DNA of 64,000 nucleotides from an uncultured Pelagibacteraceae bacterium (GTDB lineage: Bacteria > Pseudomonadota > Alphaproteobacteria > Pelagibacterales > Pelagibacteraceae), in the NCBI GenBank assembly GCA_902626045.1, contig CACODU010000001.1, forward strand, positions 705-64,704, given 5' to 3'. The notes under the pieces were generated by a model. The model was not told the DNA's origin. It saw only the letters and a program-made list of their open reading frames with translations, and ran no database searches. Numbering within the stretch: the first letter of the stretch is position 1; every line of letters starts with the position of its first letter. The translations under genes and the position numbers were made by a program. Shown here piece after piece: positions 51,802 to 61,354 of the stretch.

Positions 51802-52074
51802 ATGTTTGAAAACCTAGAACAATTAATGCAAATCATTAGAGAGAGGAAAAATTCATCTCCTGATAAATCTTATACAAACAAACTTCTCAACGATAAAAGC
51901 TTAAGTGTTGCAAAAGTTAAAGAAGAAATAGCAGAATTAATAGAGGCTGTTGAAAAAAACTCTAATAAAATACACGAGGCGGCAGATGTAATTTATCATT
52001 TGATGGTTTATCTTGAGGCTAATAATATTAAGATCGAAGATGTTATGAGTGAACTAAAAAAAAGACAAAAATGA
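51802..52074 (+). CDS. hisE: Phosphoribosyl-ATP pyrophosphatase
   Basis: SYT..LL, KV.EE..E, EAAD..YHL.V. Confidence 0.93.
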   Translation: MFENLEQLMQIIRERKNSSPDKSYTNKLLNDKSLSVAKVKEEIAELIEAVEKNSNKIHEAADVIYHLMVYLEANNIKIEDVMSELKKRQK

Positions 52075-52427
52075 GTTACGATAAAAATAATATATTCGCA
52101 AAAATTCTTAGAGGAGAAATTCCTTGTAAGAAAGTTTATGAAAATGATCATGTTTTAGCTTTTCACGATATTAATCCTCAAAAGAAAGTGCACGTATTAG
52201 TAATACCCAAAGGCGAATATGTTGATCTAGATGATTTCAATACTAAAGCCTCTGATAAAGAGATTGTCGAATTAAATAAAGCAGTTACACATGTAGCAAA
52301 CTTAATGGGTTCAAAAGATAAAGGTTACCGAGCTCTTACAAATATTGGTAGTGATGGAGGGCAAGAAGTTCCCCATCTACATTATCATATTTTTGCAGGT
52401 GAAAAGATAGGAAAGATGGTCAGCTAA
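52071..52427 (+). CDS. HIT family nucleotide hydrolase (HinT-like)
   Basis: NIFAKILRGEIP, F.DINPQ, GQEVPHLHYH. Confidence 0.94.
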   Translation: MSYDKNNIFAKILRGEIPCKKVYENDHVLAFHDINPQKKVHVLVIPKGEYVDLDDFNTKASDKEIVELNKAVTHVANLMGSKDKGYRALTNIGSDGGQEVPHLHYHIFAGEKIGKMVS

Positions 52428-52933
52428 TGGTTTCTAGAGTTAAAAGATATTTTTTAGAGATAAAAGATTTTTCTAAAACTATAGATCTAAATCTCCCTGA
52501 AAATTATAAAATTGTTTTGGATAATAAAGATAATTTTCATTTAAATAAATTTTTTTATAAGCAAATAGGTTTAGATCATTTTTGGAGAGATAGGTTGTTA
52601 TGGTCAGATAGTGAATGGGTTAAGTATGTTACAAACAAAAATTTAGAAACTCATGTATTAAAAAAAGGAGAAGATCTCGTTGGTTATTACGAACAAGAAT
52701 ATCATCCAGGTTCTAATGAAGTAGAATTAATAAATTTGGGAGTATTGAAAGAATTTAGAGGTTTAAAACTAGGCTCAATCCTTGTTAATCACGCCATTGC
52801 CAGCGCGTCAAGAAAAAACCCAGAAAGAATGTGGGTTCACACTTGTAGCTTAGATCATAAACACGCGCTGCAAAATTATAAGTCAAAGGGTTTTGAAATA
52901 TTTAAAGAGGAAGAAATCGATTTCGTTGCTTAA
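52427..52933 (+). CDS. GNAT family N-acetyltransferase
   Basis: GV..EFRG..LG, WVHTCSLDH..AL.NY...GF. Confidence 0.9.
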   Translation: MVSRVKRYFLEIKDFSKTIDLNLPENYKIVLDNKDNFHLNKFFYKQIGLDHFWRDRLLWSDSEWVKYVTNKNLETHVLKKGEDLVGYYEQEYHPGSNEVELINLGVLKEFRGLKLGSILVNHAIASASRKNPERMWVHTCSLDHKHALQNYKSKGFEIFKEEEIDFVA

Positions 52934-53478
52934 TTTATCTCTGGAATTTTGAAAGTTCCTTTTTTAAAAACATCGTTTTTAGCTACAATGTTTAAAGAGA
53001 AATTTATATTATTGTTATACTGATCAATTATCTGCCAACCTTTTAAATCTAATGTTTTCTTGTCAAAGAAAACTGTTATCTCGTTTTCTTCTAAATAAAC
53101 TAACTTTATAATTCGATCAGATAATTTTAACTTTCCAGATTTTACAATTTCCAATAGTTTATCTTTATATAAAATATTTAGGAATGGAGATTTTGAAATG
53201 GGATAATAGTAAGTTTTGTTATACCTCTTTTGTGTAATTGCCAATCTTTTTTTATTAATTATTAATTCTTTTTTCTTATCATCAAAATAATCACACTTTA
53301 ATTTTCCAGGAAATTCTAAAAGGCAACTCCCCTTCTCAATTTTGTCATTCACCACTTGATTAAAGGTAAATTCTAATGATTTTAAATTATTTAATTGAGT
53401 GACTATTTGATCTTTTTCATCAGCAGAAAGATTTACCGATAATAAAATAAATATTGTGAAAATTTTATAGAACTTCAC
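52930..53478 (-). CDS. lolA: Outer-membrane lipoprotein carrier LolA (start uncertain: 53478/53490/53508)
   Basis: Signal peptide, F.Q, G......PGK..CDY, L.GW.IID; follows ftsK. Confidence 0.85.
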   Translation of the reverse strand: MKFYKIFTIFILLSVNLSADEKDQIVTQLNNLKSLEFTFNQVVNDKIEKGSCLLEFPGKLKCDYFDDKKKELIINKKRLAITQKRYNKTYYYPISKSPFLNILYKDKLLEIVKSGKLKLSDRIIKLVYLEENEITVFFDKKTLDLKGWQIIDQYNNNINFSLNIVAKNDVFKKGTFKIPEIN

Positions 53479-55561
53479 GTTTACCAACATGATTTGCTTT
53501 ACTGACAATACCTTTTTCTTCCATCATATCAATAATTCTAGCTGCTCTATTGTAGCCAATTTGTAATTTTCTTTGTAAGAAACTCGTCGAAGCTTTTCCC
53601 TCTGATTTAATTATATCAACTGCTTGTGAATATAGTTCGTCTTCATCGCCGTCTCCTTCTGATGCAGAAGAAGCCTCACTACTTGTATGTGCAGTTATTT
53701 CATCCATATAATCTGGTTCACCTTGCGCTCTTATTGAGTTAACAATTTTCTCAATTTCATTTTCTGAAACGAACGGACCATGAATTCTAACAATTCTATT
53801 TGCTGATGACATGAACAACATATCACCTTTACCCAATAACTGTTCTGCGCCTTGCTCTCCTAATATAGTTCTACTATCTATTTTAGAGCTCACTTGAAAA
53901 GAAACTCTTGTTGGAAAGTTTGCTTTGATTGTACCAGTAATAACATCAACACTTGGTCTTTGTGTAGCCATAATAATATGTATCCCTGCAGCTCTTGCCA
54001 TTTGTGATAATTTTTGAATGTAGTTTTCGATTTCTTTGCCCGCTACAAGCATTAAATCTGACATTTCATCAACTACTACAACGATGTAAGGCATTTTTAA
54101 TTTATGTTTAGCATTGTAACCATCAATGTTTCTAACCCCTACCTTGCTCATTAGTTTGTATCTGCTATTCATTTCTTTTACTGTCCAAGCCAAAGCAGAT
54201 GTTGCTTTCTTTGCATCTGTAATTACTGGAGTTAATAAATGAGGAATACCCTCGTAAGTTGATAGCTCTAACATTTTAGGATCAATTAAAATAAATTTAC
54301 AAAGATCAGGATTTAATTTGTAAAGCAATGAAACAATAATCGTATTAATACAAACTGACTTACCTGAACCTGTTGTACCAGCTATTAATAAGTGAGGCAT
54401 CGCCGTAAGGTCTCCAACTATTGGCATCCCAGATATACTTTTTCCAAGCGCAATAGGCAATTTTATATCTTTCTTTTGAAACTTTTCGTAAGAGATAATT
54501 TCTCGAAGTGATACACTTTCCCTTGTTTCGTTTGGTATCTCGATACCAACTGTATTTTTTCCTGGAATTACCGAAACCCTTGCAGATGTTGAACTAGTGT
54601 TACGTGCTAAATCCTCGGATAAATTTATAATCTTGGAAACTTTTACACCTGGAGCCGGTTCAAATTCATATAAACTAACTACAGGACCATTATTGATAGC
54701 TTTAATTTTTCCATCAATACCAAAATCTAAAAGAATTTTTTCCATAAACTCACCATCAGGACGATTTTTATTTAATTCTGTCGCACTAAGTTTTGTAGAA
54801 CTTTTGTCTAAATAATCTATTGCTGGCAGTTTATATTTTGATCTTAAGCTAGTTGATGGTTTTTCCGATTGGGTTAAGTCACCAAAAGAAAATGATTGTT
54901 GTGGCCTATCAATAATTTCATTTTTATCCTCAATAGGATTTTCCTCTAAATTTACGTCAGGAATAGTATTTTCTTTTCTTCTAAATAATGAAGCAATTGT
55001 AGAAAAAGTTCCAGTAATTATTTTCCTTATATTTAAATCTGCTGAAAAAATAAAAAAAATTAAAGTAAGCAATAACAAACCATAAGCAGAGTAAGTGTTA
55101 TCAATATAAGGAAACCATGTGCTTAAAAATTCATAACCAATCTTTCCAACAAAACCAGAGTTACCATTATCGATAAGCCAAAACGAATTATTAAAGGTAA
55201 TATAAATAAAAATTGTACCTAAGATCAAATATGAAACTACTAGAAATAATTTTAACACTATTCTTTTAATTTCTTTTTGAATGATTAAATTAATTCCCCA
55301 AAACAAGAAATTAGCTAATATTAAAAATGAAACGAGACCAAAACTCTGCAAGAGAAAATCAGCAATACTACTGCCATAGATTCCAAAGAAATTTTTGATC
55401 TCAAATTCCCTATCGCCATAGACAAACGACGGGTCTTCTGGCGAATATGTTGTAAAAGCTATTGCTAAACCGATACTCGTAGAAATTAAGATTAAACCTA
55501 TAAATTCAAAGGTTCGTTTTTTTAAAAAATTTGTTAAACTATTTAAAAAGTTTGTATTCAT
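53465..55561 (-). CDS. ftsK: DNA translocase FtsK
   Basis: N-terminal TMs, PHLLIAGTTGSGKS, DPKMLE, QRPSVDVITG, gamma domain LQRKLQIGYNRAAR. Confidence 0.97.
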   Translation of the reverse strand: MNTNFLNSLTNFLKKRTFEFIGLILISTSIGLAIAFTTYSPEDPSFVYGDREFEIKNFFGIYGSSIADFLLQSFGLVSFLILANFLFWGINLIIQKEIKRIVLKLFLVVSYLILGTIFIYITFNNSFWLIDNGNSGFVGKIGYEFLSTWFPYIDNTYSAYGLLLLTLIFFIFSADLNIRKIITGTFSTIASLFRRKENTIPDVNLEENPIEDKNEIIDRPQQSFSFGDLTQSEKPSTSLRSKYKLPAIDYLDKSSTKLSATELNKNRPDGEFMEKILLDFGIDGKIKAINNGPVVSLYEFEPAPGVKVSKIINLSEDLARNTSSTSARVSVIPGKNTVGIEIPNETRESVSLREIISYEKFQKKDIKLPIALGKSISGMPIVGDLTAMPHLLIAGTTGSGKSVCINTIIVSLLYKLNPDLCKFILIDPKMLELSTYEGIPHLLTPVITDAKKATSALAWTVKEMNSRYKLMSKVGVRNIDGYNAKHKLKMPYIVVVVDEMSDLMLVAGKEIENYIQKLSQMARAAGIHIIMATQRPSVDVITGTIKANFPTRVSFQVSSKIDSRTILGEQGAEQLLGKGDMLFMSSANRIVRIHGPFVSENEIEKIVNSIRAQGEPDYMDEITAHTSSEASSASEGDGDEDELYSQAVDIIKSEGKASTSFLQRKLQIGYNRAARIIDMMEEKGIVSKANHVGKREVL

Positions 55562-55616
55562 ATCGAATCGTTTACGTACTTTTTACCATTTTTATGAAAT
55601 TGAGAAAAATTTTAAT

Positions 55617-56714
55617 ATGACAAAACATAGAATTTGTATAGTTGGAGACGGTCTTTCAGGTCTAATGACTGCTTTAGCATTAAGCCAATTAGAAGGCTTA
55701 GAAGTCCACTTAATATCTAGGAAAAACAAGCATTCTAAAGATAGACGAACTACAGCTATTTCTGCTTCAAATTATGAGTTTTTTAATAAAGTCATAGGCA
55801 AACTCGACAAAAAATTATTTTGGCCTTCAAAAAAGATCGATCTTTTCTATGAGACAAAAGATAAAAACATGAATTTCTTAAACTTTAATGAAGACAGTAA
55901 AAATCTCATGTATGTTTTTGAGAATGACAAAATCAAAGAAATCCTGATTAAAGAGATTAAAAAGAAAAAAATCAAAACACTTCAAAAAAATATTAATGAA
56001 TTAAAAGATTTAGATGGTTATGATATGAAAATATTATGTCTAGGAAGATCTTCAAAAATCTATCAAAGTATAATTGATAAAAGATCATTAAACAAAGATT
56101 ATAAAGAAATTGCTATTACTGGTTACGTTAAACATAATTTGAAAAATTTGAATACTGCTCAATATTTTTTAAAAGAGGGACCATTAGCTATACTCCCTTT
56201 TTCAAAAAATAATTTTTCATTTGTGTGGAGTGTAGACAAAGAGTTTTTAAAAAAAGATGCTAATTCAGTTGTTAAATCTAAAATTTGCAAAGTTTTAAAA
56301 ACAAATAAAATACAGATCTCAAATCAGCAATCTTATACGCTGATGCTTAATTTAAAAAGAACCTATTACAAAAATGATATTCTTATTCTAGGTGAAGGAT
56401 TGCACACTGTTCATCCCGTAGCAGGTCAAGGTTTTAATCTTGTATTAAGAGATATTAATAAATTACAAAAGATTTTTAAATACTACACAGAATTAGGCAT
56501 GTCTTTAAAAAGCACTTCTGCCCTTGAAGAATTTACAAGTAATAGGAAATCTGAGAATATTATTACTGGTATAGGAATTGATCTAACTCATAAGTTCTTT
56601 AAACAAAATAAATTATTAGATCCATTTAAAGAAACAATTTTGAAAAATATTTCGAAAAATGATACTCTTAAAAAAATAAGCAAATTTATTTCTAATCAAG
56701 GTTTATCAATTTAA
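55617..56714 (+). CDS. FAD-dependent monooxygenase, UbiH/UbiL (COQ6) family
   Basis: IVGDGLSG, D.RTTAI, GPLAILP, GEGLHTVHPVAGQGFNL. Confidence 0.85.
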   Translation: MTKHRICIVGDGLSGLMTALALSQLEGLEVHLISRKNKHSKDRRTTAISASNYEFFNKVIGKLDKKLFWPSKKIDLFYETKDKNMNFLNFNEDSKNLMYVFENDKIKEILIKEIKKKKIKTLQKNINELKDLDGYDMKILCLGRSSKIYQSIIDKRSLNKDYKEIAITGYVKHNLKNLNTAQYFLKEGPLAILPFSKNNFSFVWSVDKEFLKKDANSVVKSKICKVLKTNKIQISNQQSYTLMLNLKRTYYKNDILILGEGLHTVHPVAGQGFNLVLRDINKLQKIFKYYTELGMSLKSTSALEEFTSNRKSENIITGIGIDLTHKFFKQNKLLDPFKETILKNISKNDTLKKISKFISNQGLSI

Positions 56715-56718
56715 TTCA

Positions 56719-58047
56719 ATGAATATTTACGCGCTTTCATCAGGCAGAGGTCCGTCAGGAATAGCCATCGTTAGAGTCTCAGGTAAAGACACTCTTAAAG
56801 TTTGTAAGAATTTAACTAAACTAAAAGAAATTAGTTCAAATGAAGTGAATTACTGTAAATTTTACGATCCAAAAAACGATAAAGTCATAGACCCAGAGGC
56901 TCTATTATTATGGTTTCCCGGGCCTAATAGCTATACTGGTGATGATTTAGCTGAGTTTCAGGTCCATGGAAGTAATGCTGTTATTAATGCTTTATTGAAG
57001 GCACTTTCAGAACAAGAAAATTGTAGATTAGCTGAACCAGGTGAATTTACAAAGATAGCTTTTCAAAATGATAAAATTGATCTTTTAAAAGCTGAAAGTA
57101 TAGGTGATTTAATTCATGCAGAAACGGAACTTCAGAGAAATCAAGCTGTTAAACTAGTTCAAGGTAATGCTTCAAATTACTATAATGATTTAAGAGAAAA
57201 AATAATAAAATCTCTGGCTTTTATAGAAGCTAAAATAGACTTTGCTGAGGAAGATTTACCTGAAAAGGTTCTAAAAGATGCTCACAATTCAATAAAAGAT
57301 ATTCATTCAGAAATATCTAAAATTATTGAAGATAATAAAGTTGGAGAAAAAATTAGGGATGGGTTTAGAGTTTCAATTACAGGAGAGGTAAACGCAGGTA
57401 AATCATCTTTGTTAAACTTGCTTTCAAAAAGAGAAGTGGCAATTGTTTCAGATGAAGCCGGTACAACAAGAGATGTTATAGAAACCTATTTAAATTTAGA
57501 TGGCTATCCTGTAATTTTAGCTGATACCGCTGGTATAAGAGAAGCTAAAAACGAAGTTGAAAAAAAAGGTATTTCTTTAGCTTTAGGCAAATCAAAAGAA
57601 GCAGATTTAAATATTGTAGTAATAGATAATTCATCTAAAAAAATTAATAAAGAAATACAGAGTATGATTAATAAAGATACTATAATTCTCTTAAATAAAT
57701 CAGATGTTTCAGATAAGCAAAATCACAAATTCGATGTTGATACTGTTTTAGCCTCAGTAAAAAATAATAACAATATCGATAAATTGATAAATTTAGTTAA
57801 AGCGAAGTTAAGTAAAAAATTCACATCCAATAATAGTGCTTTAATTACCAGAGAAAGGCATAGAATTAAGCTTAAAGAATGTCTTAAAGAGATAGAAAAG
57901 TTTCTTAAGAAAGATCCAACCAAAGACCTCGAACTTGCTGCAGAAGACCTAAGAATGGCTACACAACATCTTGGAAGTATTATTGGTAAGGTTGATGTCG
58001 AGGAAATCCTTGGATCTATATTTAAAGACTTTTGTATAGGTAAATAA
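56719..58047 (+). CDS. mnmE: tRNA modification GTPase MnmE
   Basis: P.SYTGDD..E...HG, AEPGEFT, NAGKSSL, GTTRD, DTAG, NKSD, FCIGK. Confidence 0.97.
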   Translation: MNIYALSSGRGPSGIAIVRVSGKDTLKVCKNLTKLKEISSNEVNYCKFYDPKNDKVIDPEALLLWFPGPNSYTGDDLAEFQVHGSNAVINALLKALSEQENCRLAEPGEFTKIAFQNDKIDLLKAESIGDLIHAETELQRNQAVKLVQGNASNYYNDLREKIIKSLAFIEAKIDFAEEDLPEKVLKDAHNSIKDIHSEISKIIEDNKVGEKIRDGFRVSITGEVNAGKSSLLNLLSKREVAIVSDEAGTTRDVIETYLNLDGYPVILADTAGIREAKNEVEKKGISLALGKSKEADLNIVVIDNSSKKINKEIQSMINKDTIILLNKSDVSDKQNHKFDVDTVLASVKNNNNIDKLINLVKAKLSKKFTSNNSALITRERHRIKLKECLKEIEKFLKKDPTKDLELAAEDLRMATQHLGSIIGKVDVEEILGSIFKDFCIGK

Positions 58048-58089
58048 AATACCTCTTGTATTCCTAATATACCGCGTTACATTCATTTT

Positions 58090-59958
58090 ATGACTAAACA
58101 AAGTTATGATGTCGTAGTAATAGGGGGTGGACATGCTGGATGTGAAGCAGCTGCAGCATCCGCTAGAATGGGCGTAAATACAGCCCTTTTTACACATAAA
58201 ATAGAGACTATTGGTGAGATGTCGTGCAATCCAGCCATCGGAGGACTTGGAAAAGGGCACCTTGTAAGAGAAATAGATGCTTTAGATGGTGTAATGGGCG
58301 TTGTAGCCGACAAATCAGGTATTCAATTCAGATTATTAAATAGGAGTAGAGGTCCAGCAGTGCAGGGACCACGTACTCAGTCAGATAGAGCTCTTTACAA
58401 AGAGCACATGCAAAAGATTTTGCTAGATTACAAAAACTTGGAGGTAATTGCAGATCCAGTTATTAAATTTTTATTCGAGGGAGATAAAATTATAGGTTTT
58501 GTATGTCAAAGCGGAAAAGAAGTGAGGACTAAGGAACTTGTATTAACTACTGGTACCTTTCTTAATGGATTAATACATATAGGCGAAACTCAAATACCAG
58601 CAGGTAGGTACGATGAGAAACCGTCTACCGGTTTAAGTGAACAATTAGAAAAATTTAAAATGCAAATAGGAAGATTAAAGACAGGAACTCCACCAAGACT
58701 AGATGGTAGCACAATTAATTATGACAACCTAGAAATGCAGCCAGCTGATGATGATCATTATTATTTTTCTTTCCTTACAAACAAAATTGATAACAAACAA
58801 ATTAAATGTGGAATGACTTATACTAATAACGAAGTCCACAAAATCATTAGTGACAATATTTCCAGAAGTGCAATGTATTCAGGAAATATTAAAGGTGTTG
58901 GACCTCGTTATTGTCCTTCCATTGAAGATAAAATTGTTAAGTTCAAAGAGAAACAACAGCATCAAATCTTTCTTGAACCCGAGGGATTAAAGGACAATAC
59001 TATTTACCCAAATGGTATATCTACTTCCCTTCCAGAAGAGATTCAGCTTAAAATATTAGCTAAAATCAAGGGTTTAGAGCAGGTTAAGATGAAAAGAGCA
59101 GGGTATGCTATAGAATACGATTATGTAGACCCAAGAGAGCTTAATGCCACTTTAGAAACCAAAAAAATTAAGTCATTATTTTTAGCAGGACAAATTAACG
59201 GTACTACTGGTTATGAGGAAGCTGCAGCTCAAGGGTTAATAGCTGGAGTCAATGCAGCTTTAAAAATCAAAAATAAATCTGAATTTATTTTAGATAGATC
59301 AACTTCATATATTGGTGTGATGATTGATGACCTAATAACCAAAGGTGTTACGGAACCTTATCGTATGTTTACCTCTAGAGCAGAATATAGATTAACTTTA
59401 AGAGCTGATAACGCAGATCAGAGATTAACAGATCTTGGTTTACATCTAAATTTAGTTGGACCTGAAAGAAAAAAAATATTTACAGAAAAGAAAAAAAATA
59501 TTTATGCTTTAAATAATTTTTTAGAATCGAAATTCTTAACTCCTAATGAGGCAAAAAAATACGATATTAAAATTGCTATGGATGGGGTCAAAAGATCATG
59601 TCTAGAAGTTATGGGACAACGAAAAGTAAATATGGCAAAAATAAGGCAAATATTTAGGGACATACCATTATTTCCAGCCTCTATAGAAAAGCAGGTTGTA
59701 ACAGATGCTCATTATTTGGGTTACCTTAAGAGACAGGAGCGAGATATTAAATCTTTTAAGAAAGATGAGTCAGTTATCATACCTAAAGATTTAAATTATG
59801 AAAATTTAAGTGGTTTATCTAACGAGGTTAAGTCGAAGCTAATTTCTATAAGGCCTAAAACATTAGGACAGGCTATCAGAATAGACGGTATCACTCCAGC
59901 AGCCATAATTATTTTATTATCTCATATCAAAAAGCTGAAATTTAATGCTACTGCTTAA
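58090..59958 (+). CDS. mnmG: tRNA uridine-5-carboxymethylaminomethyl modification enzyme MnmG (GidA)
   Basis: [53 protein letters not shown]. Confidence 0.98.
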   Translation: MTKQSYDVVVIGGGHAGCEAAAASARMGVNTALFTHKIETIGEMSCNPAIGGLGKGHLVREIDALDGVMGVVADKSGIQFRLLNRSRGPAVQGPRTQSDRALYKEHMQKILLDYKNLEVIADPVIKFLFEGDKIIGFVCQSGKEVRTKELVLTTGTFLNGLIHIGETQIPAGRYDEKPSTGLSEQLEKFKMQIGRLKTGTPPRLDGSTINYDNLEMQPADDDHYYFSFLTNKIDNKQIKCGMTYTNNEVHKIISDNISRSAMYSGNIKGVGPRYCPSIEDKIVKFKEKQQHQIFLEPEGLKDNTIYPNGISTSLPEEIQLKILAKIKGLEQVKMKRAGYAIEYDYVDPRELNATLETKKIKSLFLAGQINGTTGYEEAAAQGLIAGVNAALKIKNKSEFILDRSTSYIGVMIDDLITKGVTEPYRMFTSRAEYRLTLRADNADQRLTDLGLHLNLVGPERKKIFTEKKKNIYALNNFLESKFLTPNEAKKYDIKIAMDGVKRSCLEVMGQRKVNMAKIRQIFRDIPLFPASIEKQVVTDAHYLGYLKRQERDIKSFKKDESVIIPKDLNYENLSGLSNEVKSKLISIRPKTLGQAIRIDGITPAAIIILLSHIKKLKFNATA

Positions 59959-60572
59959 TGCAGGATAATGAAGTAATAAATATTCTCTTAAATCAGCTTA
60001 GTTTCAGTTCTAAGAATATATCTGACCTTAAAATTTTTAAAAATGAATTGCTTAAGGCCAATACAAAGCATAATTTTATCTCTAAAAACACTGAAACCGC
60101 TATTTGGCATCGACATATCCTTGACTCAGCCCAATTAGTAAAATTTATCGATTTTTCGAAAGGGTCTTTGTCAGATTTAGGCTCTGGGGCTGGTTTTCCA
60201 GGTTTAATTTTAGCTTTGTTCAACAAAAACAAGGACTTTCACGTGAAATTATATGAAAAATCACCCGTAAAAAGAGCTTTTTTGAGTGACATAAGTGATA
60301 GATTATCTCTTAAAATAGAAATCTGTGGTAATATTTACAATGAATCTATCGATACAGACTACATAGTGTGCAGAGCTTTTAAGAAATTAGATTCAATAAT
60401 ACAAGTTTCACGTGAAATCGCAAAAAAGTCCCATAAATTAATAATTCTAAAAGGTCAAAACGCACAGGAAGATCTAAAAAAAGCTTTCAAAAAGGAAAAA
60501 TACGCTTATAAACTTGAACAAAGTATAACAAATGAAGATTCCAAAATAATTATAGTCGATTTTAAAAAATGA
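59958..60572 (+). CDS. rsmG: 16S rRNA m7G527 methyltransferase RsmG (GidB)
   Basis: RHILDSAQ, DLGSGAGFPG, RAF, LKG. Confidence 0.95.
   Translation: MQDNEVINILLNQLSFSSKNISDLKIFKNELLKANTKHNFISKNTETAIWHRHILDSAQLVKFIDFSKGSLSDLGSGAGFPGLILALFNKNKDFHVKLYEKSPVKRAFLSDISDRLSLKIEICGNIYNESIDTDYIVCRAFKKLDSIIQVSREIAKKSHKLIILKGQNAQEDLKKAFKKEKYAYKLEQSITNEDSKIIIVDFKK
60236..60249. promoter_or_regulatory. parS site 1 (within rsmG)
   Basis: CTTTCACGTGAAAT versus consensus GTTTCACGTGAAAC. Confidence 0.75.
60405..60418. promoter_or_regulatory. parS site 2 (within rsmG)
   Basis: GTTTCACGTGAAAT, 13/14 match to the consensus. Confidence 0.8.
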
Positions 60573-61354
60573 CGACAACAATTTCAGTTATTAATCAAAA
60601 GGGTGGAGTAGGAAAAACAACAACTGTGATAAATTTAGCTGCCTCACTGTCCATATTGGGTCAAACAAATCTTGTTATTGATCTAGATCCACAGGGGAAC
60701 GCCACAACAGGATTTGGCAAAAGTAACAATGATGAAGATAAAAATATTTATAATCTATTGATTAAAAAAATCAGTCTTGGGCAGGCAATACAAAAAACTA
60801 ATATACAAAATTTAGATATCGTAGGGTCACATGTAAATTTATCTGGCCTAGAAGTTGAAACAGCAAATGACTCTAAAAGAGCATTTGTTTTAAAAGAAAT
60901 ATTATCGTCAGAAAAATCAGGGTTACTTAAAAAGTATGATAATATATTTATAGATTGTCCGCCTTCTTTGAGCCTGCTTACAATTATGTCTTTAGTGGCA
61001 TCCAATGAGTTACTAGTTCCTTTACAAACTGAGTTCTTTGCCTTGGAAGGAATTACACAGTTAGTTAAAACAATTGACAGAATAAAAGAAAATTTAAATC
61101 CATCACTATCTATAAGAGGAATACTCTTAACCATGTTTGATAAAAGAAACAAGCTTTCATCAGAAGTGGACAGGGAAGCGAGAAATTATTTTAAAGATAA
61201 AGTTTATAAAACTGTTATTCAAAGAAATGTAAGATTATCAGAAGCGCCGTCACATGGTTTACCTTGCGTTATCTACGATAAAAGTTGTGTTGGCAGTAAG
61301 TCATATTTTAAATTAGCTGAGGAGTTTAAAAACAAAATAGTGAGTGTTGTATGA
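60569..61354 (+). CDS. parA: Chromosome partitioning ATPase ParA
   Basis: NQKGGVGKTTT, DLDPQGNA, IDCPPSL, RNVRLSEAPSHG. Confidence 0.97.
   Translation: MTTTISVINQKGGVGKTTTVINLAASLSILGQTNLVIDLDPQGNATTGFGKSNNDEDKNIYNLLIKKISLGQAIQKTNIQNLDIVGSHVNLSGLEVETANDSKRAFVLKEILSSEKSGLLKKYDNIFIDCPPSLSLLTIMSLVASNELLVPLQTEFFALEGITQLVKTIDRIKENLNPSLSIRGILLTMFDKRNKLSSEVDREARNYFKDKVYKTVIQRNVRLSEAPSHGLPCVIYDKSCVGSKSYFKLAEEFKNKIVSVV

Noticed and set aside
49102-52074. his cluster lacks hisI, hisG, hisD and hisC
   Set aside because: hisBHAFE with the other genes elsewhere is the usual alphaproteobacterial arrangement
1948-61152. Many 61-134 aa ORFs antisense or out of frame within conserved genes (e.g. 1948-2151, 8415-8739, 46308-46625, 57949-58260, 60748-61152)
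   Set aside because: They overlap well-supported genes and lack motifs; expected shadow ORFs
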